This document shows positions 27,636 to 38,823 of a stretch of DNA of 64,000 bases, in pieces. Position 1 is the stretch's first letter. The number at the start of each line of letters is the position of its first letter. Made by a program: the position numbers and the translations under genes. The notes under the pieces were generated by a model. The model was not told where the DNA came from. It made no database searches and saw nothing but the letters and a program-made list of their open reading frames with translations. The stretch is from an uncultured delta proteobacterium (lineage in GTDB: Bacteria > Myxococcota_A > Polyangia > Polyangiales > Polyangiaceae), in the NCBI GenBank assembly GCA_963850305.1, contig CAWKKR010000005.1:320001-384000 (forward strand), read 5' to 3'.

Positions 27636-29390
27636 TCAATCGTGAACGACGACGCGACTACCGGGGTGCTCGGGCGTGGCCAGAACGCCGTGCCAACCTT
27701 CTGGCAGCCGCGGGTCGGTGTTCATGAACACCCACTTTGCATCGAGCGGTGACAGGTTCACGCAACCGTGGCTCATCTCCGTCCCGTAGTTCGAGTGCCA
27801 GAACGCGCCGTGGAGCGCATACGCCTTGTGAAAGTACATCACGTACGGCACGTCTTCGATGCTGTATGGAAGATCGCCAGCGGCGGTGCCGTCCCCGTCC
27901 ATCGTGGTGGTGACGTGCTTCTCTCGGATGCGATAGTCGCCCGTGGGCGTACTGTGATCCTTGTCCTTGTCGACCTTGTTCTCCTTGCCCGATGAGATCA
28001 GCGTCGCGTAGATCGCGCGCGTTCCTTCGAAGACGATCAGCGTTTGCGTCTTGAGATTCACGTCCACCCAACGTTCGTTGGGCCCGATGTCCGTGGGCGG
28101 CGGTCCGGGCGCCGTGACGCGAAGCTGAGATGCGAGCATCCACGAGCCGTCTTTCGCTTCGAGATACTTCTTGCCCGCGATCGTGGAGTCCTTGCCCGTC
28201 AGAGGGACGAGTGCGTGGTCGGGAACGCCGCCCGATGGCTTGAGCTTCCCGTTCGCGTCGATCTGGTATTTCGTGCGACCCTTATGCCAGCCATAGGTCC
28301 ACGCGAGAGGCAGGGCGACGTGATCGCCGTCGATCTCCGTGCCCTGAAAGTTCGATGGGGTCGTCGTCCAGAATCGATCCGCCGGTGCGACCAGTCCCTT
28401 CGTCGTCTTGTACCAGGGGCGTCCGTTCCAGTTGAATTCGCGGTCTACGGCGACGTAGAAACCCTTGACCATTCTCTTGGCCAGGATGGCGTCGGCGTCG
28501 GATTCGAGTTCGTCGAGCTTCAGCTCGTTCAGGCGCTTGTCGACGTCGTGTCGCTGCCACCACGGCTTCGCGGAGTCGTCGATTCCGCCGTCCGGAAGCA
28601 GCGCGGGGGTCTTCTCATCGTCCGGGTGATCCGCGGTATCGGCGGGGTGAGGCTCCAGTTCGGCTCCCGTTTTCTCGACCTTGCCTTCGCTCGCCGGGTC
28701 ACGGTGGTGTTCGAGTGCTTCCTTCGAGAATGGCAGCGCGGCCTGCTCCGCCTTTGCCGTACCGTCGACCTTCGAGGCCGAGTCGTCCGCTTTCGGCACG
28801 AGATAAGGTTCGTATTGCCGCATCTGCTCCGGGGTCGGGACGGAGCGATAGAGCGGCGTGCCGTTTTTTGCGTTTCGCGCATACGAATAGGGGAGAATCG
28901 CAGCGAGGTCGGGCGCCCGGATCGCAAACCGCGCTTCGGGAGACGACGGGTTCGTGGTTCCGGCATTGGCGCAGACGAAGCCGCCATCGCGCAACTGGTA
29001 CCACCCGTGCGAGCAATCCTCTCCCGGGATCGTGTCGGGCAAGACGGGGACGCGACTACCACTTCTGAGATAGCCAATCTTCTCCCGCTTCGAAGGCGAC
29101 GTCGTGGCGTAGATACCCGTCGAAGCCTCCGTGGCAACGAAGTAGGGGCCCGCGTACGGCTCTGGCGGCGCGCTCGAGGCGGCGGCGCTCGGTTCTGGGG
29201 CGGCCGAGGGAGCCTCCGCCACGGATGCCGCCGGCGTGGCTGTGCTCGAGGGCGGACGCGGCGGGGCGATCGGTGGAGGGATGGCGTTCGTTCGCTGGTC
29301 TGCGCCGGGCGGAGGCTCTTGATGACAGGCGCTTTCCGCGACCAGAGCCGCAGCGATGAGCCAGAAAGCAGTCAATCGAGGAAATCTCAT
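27636..29390 (-). CDS. L,D-transpeptidase (YkuD family), secreted or lipoprotein
   Basis: WVDVNLKTQTL, ISSG, TP.G.YRI, ALHGAFWH...SHGCVNL catalytic motif. N-terminal signal and Pro/Ala linker. Confidence 0.92.
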   Translation of the reverse strand: MRFPRLTAFWLIAAALVAESACHQEPPPGADQRTNAIPPPIAPPRPPSSTATPAASVAEAPSAAPEPSAAASSAPPEPYAGPYFVATEASTGIYATTSPSKREKIGYLRSGSRVPVLPDTIPGEDCSHGWYQLRDGGFVCANAGTTNPSSPEARFAIRAPDLAAILPYSYARNAKNGTPLYRSVPTPEQMRQYEPYLVPKADDSASKVDGTAKAEQAALPFSKEALEHHRDPASEGKVEKTGAELEPHPADTADHPDDEKTPALLPDGGIDDSAKPWWQRHDVDKRLNELKLDELESDADAILAKRMVKGFYVAVDREFNWNGRPWYKTTKGLVAPADRFWTTTPSNFQGTEIDGDHVALPLAWTYGWHKGRTKYQIDANGKLKPSGGVPDHALVPLTGKDSTIAGKKYLEAKDGSWMLASQLRVTAPGPPPTDIGPNERWVDVNLKTQTLIVFEGTRAIYATLISSGKENKVDKDKDHSTPTGDYRIREKHVTTTMDGDGTAAGDLPYSIEDVPYVMYFHKAYALHGAFWHSNYGTEMSHGCVNLSPLDAKWVFMNTDPRLPEGWHGVLATPEHPGSRVVVHD

Positions 29391-29557
29391 CGAGGACGGT
29401 CTTCTGACTACTCGCTCGGAACGCTGGGGATCCACTTCTCCGCAGGTGCGAGAGACGTGCCAGGAGTCGCTTACGGAACCAAAGTGCCCGGTTGGCGGAT
29501 TTTCGAGGGGTCGCGCCGTGCATCAGTGCCGAGCTTCATCTAGAGAGGGCATACCCC

Positions 29558-30952
<1,395 letters not shown>

Positions 30953-30953
30953 C

Positions 30954-31550
30954 CTAGCCGTTCTCGGCCGTTGCCGTGGCGAGCTCTATGAGGACTCGAT
31001 CCGTCGCTTCCCTTTCGAGCCCCTGGATGCACAATGCCGCGCCGCGGTACGGTTCAACGACCAGGCAGCACGTGTTCCGGATGGCGTCGGGTATGGCGTT
31101 CAATCCGAAATCCATCACGACGCCGAGCGCGATCGCCGCGAGCCCGAGTCCGAGGAGCGACGGCGAGCCCCCCGGGACGCGCACTCCATCGACGAGTAGG
31201 CCCGTCCCCACGTAAGTCCCGACCGCTAGTGCCAGGATGCCGGCAGACATCCCGAGTCGCGGGTATTTCACCTCGCGCGACACGCTCGACAGGTTGGCGA
31301 GTGGGATGACCGTCTCGGTCTCCCGGAGCACTCTTCCGAGGAGCTCCGTGCGTGACGAAATCCGGAGTCCGCGCTCGCTCAGGGTGACGTCGGCAGGTCT
31401 GCGGTACGAAAACACGAATCGGCCTATGACGCGCGCAGCACTGCGGACGAAGGTGATTCCCGTGAGAGCCATCAGGATCGTCACGGCGAAACCGCGTCGA
31501 GACGCGCTCAGTTCTCCGGACAGTCGACTCTCCGCGCCTCCTTCGGACAT
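30954..31550 (-). CDS. Hypothetical membrane protein
   Basis: 198 aa with two or three hydrophobic segments; fills the gap between neighbours. Confidence 0.7.
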   Translation of the reverse strand: MSEGGAESRLSGELSASRRGFAVTILMALTGITFVRSAARVIGRFVFSYRRPADVTLSERGLRISSRTELLGRVLRETETVIPLANLSSVSREVKYPRLGMSAGILALAVGTYVGTGLLVDGVRVPGGSPSLLGLGLAAIALGVVMDFGLNAIPDAIRNTCCLVVEPYRGAALCIQGLEREATDRVLIELATATAENG

Positions 31551-31619
31551 CCGCGCCTTCCTACATCGAAGGGCGATTCGACGCGACCGTCTCGAGCCCG
31601 ACGGTTACGAAATAGAGCC

Positions 31620-32027
31620 TCAAGAGGTGAACTGATTGAGCGAGTTCAGGATTGGTCCGGGGCGCTCGAGGCTGCGGTCATCCGTGGGGCGGTTTCGTGC
31701 GTCCACCCGGACGACGACCGGTGCGTAGTCGCGGGCCTCTTCAGGGCTCATCTCCGCGTACGTCGCGAGAATCACGAGATCCCCCGGCTTGTTGAGGTGC
31801 GCCGCCGCTCCGTTGACCGCAATGGCTCCGGACCCGCGCGGCCCTTCGAGCGCATACGTCATGAGACGGGTTCCCCGGGTGACGTTCCAGATGTGGACCG
31901 CCTCGTGAGGGAGGATGTTTGCTGCCTCGAGCAGGTTGGCGTCGATCGTGACGCTGCCTTCGTACTCGAGATCCGCGTGGGTGACCGTGGCCCGATGGAT
32001 CTTGGACTTGAAAACGTTGAGTCGCAT
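31620..32027 (-). CDS. panD: Aspartate 1-decarboxylase
   Basis: [21 protein letters not shown] self-cleavage site, TYA, NGAAAH. Confidence 0.97.
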   Translation of the reverse strand: MRLNVFKSKIHRATVTHADLEYEGSVTIDANLLEAANILPHEAVHIWNVTRGTRLMTYALEGPRGSGAIAVNGAAAHLNKPGDLVILATYAEMSPEEARDYAPVVVRVDARNRPTDDRSLERPGPILNSLNQFTS

Positions 32028-32330
32028 GGATGCCTTGATGTGTTCACGGCATGGCGGCTACGAAAGACGAGGTCCGCCTGCCGAACCCTCGAAAATATAG
32101 CGCGGCTCTTTTTGGGGACCAAGGGGGCTTCGCGCGAGGCTGATTTGGTCGCGACGCGTCATTCTCGTTCGGAGGGGCGGTCGGGCGGAAACCCTGCGGC
32201 CTGCGCGGCGGAGGCGCCAGAAGCCCTGCCAGTCGCGAACGCTCCGTTATTTGGCCCGGTTCACGCGTTGCCGATACCAATCGCATTCACGGCATCCCCG
32301 ATGCGGGGCCGAGAAACGGAAATCTTGCCG

Positions 32331-32585
32331 ATGTCCGACCAGCTTTCGAAGAACGTGATGCTCGAGAACCTCCAGGGGATGTTGAGGGACGTCTTCAAGC
32401 TACGGAGAGAGGGTGCGACGTACGCCCGGCTGGCCCGGGCGCACGGCTACGTCGACGGGTACATGCGTGTGCTTCTGGAGTCGGGATTGGTGACGCGCAA
32501 GGAATTGCTCGCGCTGGTTTCGAGCGAGCGCGTACGCGCTGACGGCCCCGCCACGCAGGCACTGGAGTCCGAAGCGGCCGCCTGA
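32331..32585 (+). CDS. Small hypothetical helical protein (84 aa)
   Basis: MSDQLSK...RAHGYVDGYMRVLLESG. Protein-like composition; only the 3' part of the listed ORF is credible. Confidence 0.7.
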   Translation: MSDQLSKNVMLENLQGMLRDVFKLRREGATYARLARAHGYVDGYMRVLLESGLVTRKELLALVSSERVRADGPATQALESEAAA

Positions 32586-32589
32586 CTTC

Positions 32590-33522
32590 TCAGAGCCCGA
32601 CGTCCAGGAGTTGCTTCAGCTCGCGTAACCGATGCGCGAGAACCTGGGGCGTCAGTTTCGTGAGCTCGCTCGCGCCGACGCCTTCGACGCAGAACGACGC
32701 GACGGTCGCGCCGACGAGCAGCGCGTGGCACCACGTCGCGTGATCGCGCCTATCCGCGCGCGCAAGGAAGCCGAGCGCTGCGCCCGCGAAACTGTCGCCC
32801 GCGCCCGTGGGGTCGACCTCGTTTTCGAGCGGGTACGCCGGCGCGAAGAACACGCCATGCTGGTCGAAGAGCATCGCGCCGGCATCGCCTCGCTTCACGA
32901 CCAGGCGCTTCGGACCCATGGACAGCACCCCGCGCGCGGCGCGTCGGATATTGTGATCGCCCGATAGTTGTCGGAGCTCTTCGTCATTCACGACGAGGGC
33001 GTCGACTTTCTTCAAGACCTCGAGGAGCGTCGGTCGCTCCCCGGTGATCCAGAAATTCATCGTGTCAGCGACGACCAGTTCCGGCGCGCGCGCCTGAGCG
33101 AGGACCTCGATCTGGAGCGACGGATGAATGTTGCCGAGGAGCACGATCTTCGAATCCCGAAACCGCTCCGGCAGCTTGGGGCGGAAGTCGGCAAACACGT
33201 TGAGCTGCGTGTCGAGCGTTTCGCGGGTTGCGAGGTTCGCCGCATAGCGGCCGGCCCAGCGAAAAGTCCTTCCCGCGGCGCGTTCGAGGCCGGCCGTGTC
33301 CACTCCGCGCTTTTCCAGCAGGGTGACGGCGTCCTCCGGAAAATCCGCACCAACCACGGCAACGATCCGGGACGCCGAATACAGGCTCGCCGCGATCGCC
33401 GAATAGTTCGCCGAGCCGCCCACGACGTTTCTTTCGGCCCCGGAGGGCAGGTCGAGATCGTCGAACGCAAGCGAACCGACGATGAGGATGGGAGTTTCCG
33501 TGAACCGCGGGTCGTCATTCAT
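32590..33522 (-). CDS. PfkB/ribokinase-family sugar or nucleoside kinase
   Basis: VGSLAFD, GGSANY, NDEE, DPTGAGDSFAG. ATGA-coupled to mtnP. Confidence 0.92.
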   Translation of the reverse strand: MNDDPRFTETPILIVGSLAFDDLDLPSGAERNVVGGSANYSAIAASLYSASRIVAVVGADFPEDAVTLLEKRGVDTAGLERAAGRTFRWAGRYAANLATRETLDTQLNVFADFRPKLPERFRDSKIVLLGNIHPSLQIEVLAQARAPELVVADTMNFWITGERPTLLEVLKKVDALVVNDEELRQLSGDHNIRRAARGVLSMGPKRLVVKRGDAGAMLFDQHGVFFAPAYPLENEVDPTGAGDSFAGAALGFLARADRRDHATWCHALLVGATVASFCVEGVGASELTKLTPQVLAHRLRELKQLLDVGL

Positions 33523-34406
33523 GTTCCATCTTCCTCGATGTAAGGGGCAAGCAGCCATGTGAGTCGCGCACGCACCTCGGGCGAGACCTGGCTCTTCGGG
33601 GTGATGATCGAGTGCCTCAGCGCAGACGACGCGGGGCTCCTCGAAGGGTCGGGTAGATCCTTCGAAACCTCTACGACGATCCGCATGGCGAGGTCGGCGT
33701 TTTTTCGTAGGACCGCAACGATGGTCTCGACCGACACGGCATCCTTGTCCTCGTGCCAGCAATCGTAGTCCGTCGCAAACGCGATCGTCGCGTAGGGGAG
33801 CTCCGCTTCACGCGCGAGCTTGGCTTCGGGCATTGCGGTCATGCCGATGACGGAGACTCCCCAGCTTCGGTAGAGCAGACTTTCCGCACGAGTCGAGAAC
33901 TGTGGGCCGTCGATGCAGACGTAGGTGCCGCCCTCGTGAACGCGTCCGCCGGCGTGCTTTGCCGCCGCTGATGCAGCTGCAGCGAGATCCGGGCACACGG
34001 GATCCGCCATGCCCACATGTGCCGCGATGCCGTCTTCGAAGAACGTCGCCGGGCGACATCGCGTGAGATCGATGTACTGGTCGACGACCACGACGTCTCC
34101 GGGAGCAATGTCCTCCCTCATCGAACCGACCGCGGACAGGCTCAAGAGCTGCGTCGCGCCGAGACGTTTCAGTGCGCAGACGTTCGCCCGGTAGTTCACT
34201 CGATGCGGCGCATGGACGTGGCCGCGGCCGTGGCGTGGGAGAAAGAGGACCTTCGTCGCGCCGAGATATCCTTCGGCCACGGCGTCGCTCGGCGCGCCGA
34301 AGGGCGTGTCCACGCGATGCGCCGTTACCCGTTCGAGGTTCAGCGCCTCGTACATGCCGCTGCCGCCGATGACGCCCAGCACCCGCGACGGCGGGGGGGC
34401 CGTCAT
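33519..34406 (-). CDS. mtnP: S-methyl-5'-thioadenosine phosphorylase
   Basis: GVIGGSG, TPFG.PS, RHGRGH, NYRAN, GPQFSTRAES, GMTAMPEAKLAREAEL, TDYDCW. Confidence 0.95.
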   Translation of the reverse strand: MTAPPPSRVLGVIGGSGMYEALNLERVTAHRVDTPFGAPSDAVAEGYLGATKVLFLPRHGRGHVHAPHRVNYRANVCALKRLGATQLLSLSAVGSMREDIAPGDVVVVDQYIDLTRCRPATFFEDGIAAHVGMADPVCPDLAAAASAAAKHAGGRVHEGGTYVCIDGPQFSTRAESLLYRSWGVSVIGMTAMPEAKLAREAELPYATIAFATDYDCWHEDKDAVSVETIVAVLRKNADLAMRIVVEVSKDLPDPSRSPASSALRHSIITPKSQVSPEVRARLTWLLAPYIEEDGT

Positions 34407-35068
34407 GGTTCGTCCTGTCCGCGCGCGGCGCCGGGCGCCTTCACGCCTCCGTAGCCGCGACCTTCGGCGATGAGGCGCTCCGCTTCTCGGGCAGCCCGTT
34501 GTCGCTTGCATTCTTCCGCACGAAAGATGCTCGTCAAGTTCTCTACCGCGTGTTCGAGAACGTCGTTGACGAGGACGTAGTCGAAGAGCCCGTAGTGCTG
34601 GATCTCTTGAATGGATACCTTGTAACGACGCTGGACGGTCGCTTCGTCTTCGCTCGCCCGGCCGCGCAGGCGCTGCTCGAGAATGCTCATGCTCGGCGGC
34701 AAGATGAAGACCGCGACGGCATCGGGGCGAGTGCTCTTGATCTGTCGCGCCCCTTGATGATCGACGTCGAAGATGAGGCCGCGTGCGCCGGCCGCGCGCT
34801 CGATCTCGGCGCGGCTCGTGCCATAGAGGTTGCCATGTACCTCGGCCCACTCGAGGAACGTATCGCCACGGATGAGGCGCTCGAACTCCGACCGATCGAC
34901 GAAATAGTATTCGCGCCCGTGTACCTCACCGGTGCGGGGCTTCCGCGTCGTGTGGGAGACCGAGAACAGGAGTCCAGAAATGTTCGTTCGGAGCGCGTTC
35001 GTCAGGGTCGTCTTACCCGCGCCGGATGGCGATGAGACGATGAGCAGGAGCGGCGAGTCACTCGACAT
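34403..35068 (-). CDS. gmk: Guanylate kinase
   Basis: SSPSGAGKTT, SHTTRKPR.GE..G.EYYFV, LEWAEVHGNLYGT, FILPPS. Confidence 0.97.
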   Translation of the reverse strand: MSSDSPLLLIVSSPSGAGKTTLTNALRTNISGLLFSVSHTTRKPRTGEVHGREYYFVDRSEFERLIRGDTFLEWAEVHGNLYGTSRAEIERAAGARGLIFDVDHQGARQIKSTRPDAVAVFILPPSMSILEQRLRGRASEDEATVQRRYKVSIQEIQHYGLFDYVLVNDVLEHAVENLTSIFRAEECKRQRAAREAERLIAEGRGYGGVKAPGAARGQDEP

Positions 35069-35927
35069 TCTGCACTTGCTCCCTCATCCGCTCGATGTCG
35101 CTCTTCAATTCGACCACGAGATGGCTCAGCTCCGCATCCTGACTTTTAGCACCGACCGTGTTGGCCTCGCGCGCCATCTCTTGCATCAGGAAGTCGAGGC
35201 GCCTGCCGACGGGCTCGCTCGAGTCGAGCAAGGCCGCGAGCTGTGAAAAATGGCTGTCCAGGCGGACCAGTTCCTCGGTGATGTCGGTCCGATCCGCCAG
35301 CACGGCGATTTCGGCCTCCAGACGCCCAGCGTCGAGTGTCGCACCGGAGTCGCTCGAGAGCCTTGCGATCCGGGCTCGCAGGCGTGCTTCAGCGGCGCGA
35401 AGGGTTTCCGGGACGCGGTCGCGAACCGCCGAGTGCAACCGGCGGCAAGCCGAGAGCCGTGATTTCAGCTCGGCGGCGAGCGAGTCGCCTTCGCGTCGTC
35501 GCATCTCGTCGAGGCTCGGAATCGCGTCGTCGAGTGCCCGTGCGAGAGCCTCCTGGGTCGCTGCGTGACCGACACTCGCGGGCGCAGCATAGAGCTCGGG
35601 CATGCCGATGATGGCCGTCAGCGGAATGTCGGTCCCTGGCGCGAGTTCATCCCGGATGCGCTCGAGCTCGCGATAGACGGTACGCACTCGGTCGGCGTCG
35701 AGATGCGGCATCAGAGCCGGTCCGTCGTAACGCACGGTTAGCTCGAAGCGGCCGCGAGTCAGCCGCTCCCTGGCGCGCTGCTCGAGGAACAAGGACTGAT
35801 CGGCCATTTCAGCCGGAACCCGCACGCGAACATCCAGGTGGCGGTTGTTGACGGAACGAATGTCGACCACGACCCGTCCGGGTCCGAGCGAAGCCTCCCC
35901 CGTTCCGAACCCGGTCATACTGTTCAT
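35058..35927 (-). CDS. yicC: YicC/YloC family endoribonuclease
   Basis: MNSMTGFG, RSVNNRHLD, DITEELVRL.SH, GRRLDFLMQEM.REANT.G.K, REQVQNVE. Confidence 0.95.
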   Translation of the reverse strand: MNSMTGFGTGEASLGPGRVVVDIRSVNNRHLDVRVRVPAEMADQSLFLEQRARERLTRGRFELTVRYDGPALMPHLDADRVRTVYRELERIRDELAPGTDIPLTAIIGMPELYAAPASVGHAATQEALARALDDAIPSLDEMRRREGDSLAAELKSRLSACRRLHSAVRDRVPETLRAAEARLRARIARLSSDSGATLDAGRLEAEIAVLADRTDITEELVRLDSHFSQLAALLDSSEPVGRRLDFLMQEMAREANTVGAKSQDAELSHLVVELKSDIERMREQVQNVE

Positions 35928-35989
35928 CGGGTCATCGCCTGGCCGAGTGGTTGCGGACTTGCCGTGACGAGGGCCGGGCCTGGTCCCGT

Positions 35990-36499
35990 TCAGATCCCTT
36001 TGCGCCGCTTGATGTCGTCCATCATGCGCCGGTACTCGACCTCCCACACCTGCGTGCCCTCCTGCACGTGTTTCAGGCGTCCACGCACCTCCTGCTCGAG
36101 CTGCTCTTCCGCGGCGAATTGCTTCCGGAGGGGTTCGCGCATGCGCAGCCGCAGGACGTGATCCTGCGCGAAGACCTCATCGACATTGTTCGAGTGCATC
36201 AGGATCTCGAGGAGCTGGTCGAGGAGGTAGTCGATGGCGTCTTCGCCGATCTTCACATGTTTCTGCTCGGCGACGAGCTTTCGCATGCGACCGAGTTCCG
36301 ACTGCGGCAGCCCGCGCGCGGCGACGAGGTCTTTGGCGCGATCGGCGATCTCCTGATCGTCGTTCAGATACTGCGCCAGTACCGCCTCGATGTCCGCCTG
36401 AACCTCGCGGGGCGACTCTGTCTCGATGTCGCCGCCATCCGTCAGGGCGCGCACCATCTCCCCGGCGACTTGGGGAATTTTCGCCCGATGCAGCCACAT
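35990..36499 (-). CDS. DUF507-like protein
   Basis: Two helical half-domains, C-terminal EGTQVWEVEYRRMM..IKRRKGI. Family assigned from recall. Confidence 0.7.
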   Translation of the reverse strand: MWLHRAKIPQVAGEMVRALTDGGDIETESPREVQADIEAVLAQYLNDDQEIADRAKDLVAARGLPQSELGRMRKLVAEQKHVKIGEDAIDYLLDQLLEILMHSNNVDEVFAQDHVLRLRMREPLRKQFAAEEQLEQEVRGRLKHVQEGTQVWEVEYRRMMDDIKRRKGI

Positions 36500-36617
36500 G
36501 GGGCCGATCCCTACCATTGTCAGCCCGAGAATTCCCGAGATCTCAGACGCCCCCGGGGCCGTTTTTTCGGCCTTTCGCGTCGCAGGCCTGCCTGCACCGA
36601 CAAATCGGGGGCTCGAG

Positions 36618-37742
36618 CTAGAGCTTTGGCTTCCGAGGGTCCACCGGTTCGCGTGAACCGAGCCGGAGTCGCCGGAACACGGCGTCCCGTTGCCGTTCCT
36701 TGTAGGCGCTGTGACTCGCGTCGCCGGCTTCGTTGGAAGCCTCGGTTTCGGCGTCCACGAGCTGAAACTCGCAGAGCAAATACACGACCGGTCCGAGAGG
36801 CTCGGAGCCGGGCGGAGCCAGTTCCATGAACGAGGGCGGCACTCGCACCGGAACGTCCGAGACGAAATGAATGACCCGGTATGTCGGCGCGCTGAAGCGG
36901 TTGTCTCCGGGGGTCAGTGTGTCGTCGATGTCACCCTGGAATTTGTCGACCATCGACCGAAGGTGAGGGTGCCCCTCGCAATAGCTCCGGAAATGGAAGA
37001 TCGTGTTCGTGCTCTCCTGCGGTACCACGTAGTTGAATGGGAAGAGCCGCTCGGACAGATAGAGGAGTACCGGCAGCAGATCCTCGCGCGTCCGCGTGAC
37101 GATGCGGAATCGGAGCTTGTCGTAGACGGCGGCGGCCGTGGATTCGGCCTTCGACAGGAGTTTCGTGTACGTCGAATCGAGGTTTTTTCGGCCACCCACG
37201 AACTCGGTGATCGGAAACCCCTCGCTCAGCATCGTGCCGACGATGCGGTACACCTTCTCTTCTACCAGGTGAAAGAGGTCGCGGTCGCTGACCGGTAGAC
37301 GGAAGAGGAGTTCGCGGCCCGCGAGGTGATTGATGATGTGCATCACCTTCAGGATCGCGCACGCGCACTGCTGACGATGCCCGTGGCCCGATGCGATGAG
37401 CAGCAACTCCTCGAGCGGCGCCGTCTCGACAGGCTTCGGAATCGCGAACGCGAAGTTCCGTCTGAGGTACGCGATCGCCTGGCTCTTGATGCTCTCGGTG
37501 TAGGCGCGATCGTTCGGGTCGTCGGTGTCGAACTCGTGATCCCGGATGAACCGGCGCACGTGCTCGGCGTCGTCGAAATTCAGCCGATGCCAATCGATGA
37601 CCGAGCCGCCGCGGAGGATCAACCGCACGGACTCGAGGTCGTGCAGGTTGAATTCGTAGGTCGACTTCAGTCGCAGCGCGCCGCTGAAGGACGGCGGGCG
37701 TTCTCCGGAAGGAGGCCCCTCGTTGTCGGTGCTCATTGCCAT
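36618..37742 (-). CDS. TIGR04552-like protein with RelA/SpoT nucleotidyltransferase motifs
   Basis: RLILRGGSVIDW N-terminus; GRKNLDSTYTKLLSK, YDKLRFRIV, YRVIHF, EFQL, SHSAYKE. Confidence 0.8.
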   Translation of the reverse strand: MAMSTDNEGPPSGERPPSFSGALRLKSTYEFNLHDLESVRLILRGGSVIDWHRLNFDDAEHVRRFIRDHEFDTDDPNDRAYTESIKSQAIAYLRRNFAFAIPKPVETAPLEELLLIASGHGHRQQCACAILKVMHIINHLAGRELLFRLPVSDRDLFHLVEEKVYRIVGTMLSEGFPITEFVGGRKNLDSTYTKLLSKAESTAAAVYDKLRFRIVTRTREDLLPVLLYLSERLFPFNYVVPQESTNTIFHFRSYCEGHPHLRSMVDKFQGDIDDTLTPGDNRFSAPTYRVIHFVSDVPVRVPPSFMELAPPGSEPLGPVVYLLCEFQLVDAETEASNEAGDASHSAYKERQRDAVFRRLRLGSREPVDPRKPKL

Positions 37743-37786
37743 CGTCGAGCCATCGCCGATCGCACGGGACCGCGAGGGTCAGGCAA

Positions 37787-37966
37787 TCAGCCGTGGCCGG
37801 GGTGGGTCGTCGTCGCGTCGCCCCCTGGCCGCCTCAGCGACAGGGTGCCGAAAAAGATGCCGAAGGTAAGCCCAATCACACCCAGCTGCGCCGTGAAATG
37901 CCCTTGGGACGCGAGGAGCACGACCAGGAGGGCCGCGGGGGCCACGTACCAGGCATTCGACTTCAT
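37787..37966 (-). CDS. 59-aa two-TM microprotein (not in ORF track)
   Basis: Manual translation MKSNAWYVAPAALLVVLLASQGHFTAQLGVIGLTFGIFFGTLSLRRPGGDATTTHPGHG. GGAG upstream. Confidence 0.6.
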   Translation of the reverse strand: MKSNAWYVAPAALLVVLLASQGHFTAQLGVIGLTFGIFFGTLSLRRPGGDATTTHPGHG

Positions 37967-38364
37967 TCGGCGGAGCTCCAGGTCTGGCGGTTATTCAAGG
38001 GCGGCCTTCAGTCCCGCTCGTGGCGAGGTAGGGCCAAGTAGTCCGATGTAGGCAAGGTCCCACGGTGTGGCGAGAAGGGCCAACTGTTATCCGGAGCTCT
38101 TTCGCGGTTCAAGCTAGAGCGTCACGTGCGCGTCAAAAAAGTGGGACCTTGGTGCGCTGGGTCTTACATGAGAATTTGGCCACTGGTTTCAGAGGGTTCT
38201 CAGTGATCTTCTCGAGTTACAGCTTCGATAACTCGGTCAGTATCGTCTCATAGAGCGAACGCTTGGCGCTCCGGCCCTAGTCCGACCCGGGCCTCCCGGT
38301 CAACGGAGCTTGTCACGTCACGGGACCTACCAACATCCGGCGCGACTAATGTTAGCGTGAAAGC

Positions 38365-38823
38365 GTGTCCCTCCGGGTCGACGCGCGCTCAGCCCTGCTG
38401 GCGCTCCTGGCGTGCGCCTGCGGTACCGTGGATCCGGGGCAAGACTTCCAGTTCGCCCAGATCTCGTACGACTCTGGCTTCTTCTACTGCAAAGTCGAGC
38501 CGATGCTCTTTGCCGACAGCTGCGGCCCGGGCGATCCTCGGCACGATGGTACGGGCGGCTGTCACTACAACGTGACCACGTTCCGGCTCACTGCGCACGC
38601 CCCCGTGACGTGCACCGGGATCGTCCCGAAGAACCTGGGAATTCCCGCCGAAGCTCAGAGCAACTACGAGGCGGCGGAGCGCGAGATGACGGCCGATCCC
38701 GACCGCGCGCCGCTGCTCGATCGTCCCACGCAGCAGGCAGCGCACCCCCGCAAGATATTCGACATCGACAGTCCCGAGGCAGACCTCATTCGCCAGTGGG
38801 CGACGGACTACACGAGCCAATGA
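38365..38823 (+). CDS. Lipoprotein, possible c-type cytochrome with non-canonical CX12CH
   Basis: Lipobox LACAC, motif CGPGDPRHDGTGGCH, then PLLDRP....HP...F...SPEADLIRQW. Confidence 0.65.
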   Translation: MSLRVDARSALLALLACACGTVDPGQDFQFAQISYDSGFFYCKVEPMLFADSCGPGDPRHDGTGGCHYNVTTFRLTAHAPVTCTGIVPKNLGIPAEAQSNYEAAEREMTADPDRAPLLDRPTQQAAHPRKIFDIDSPEADLIRQWATDYTSQ

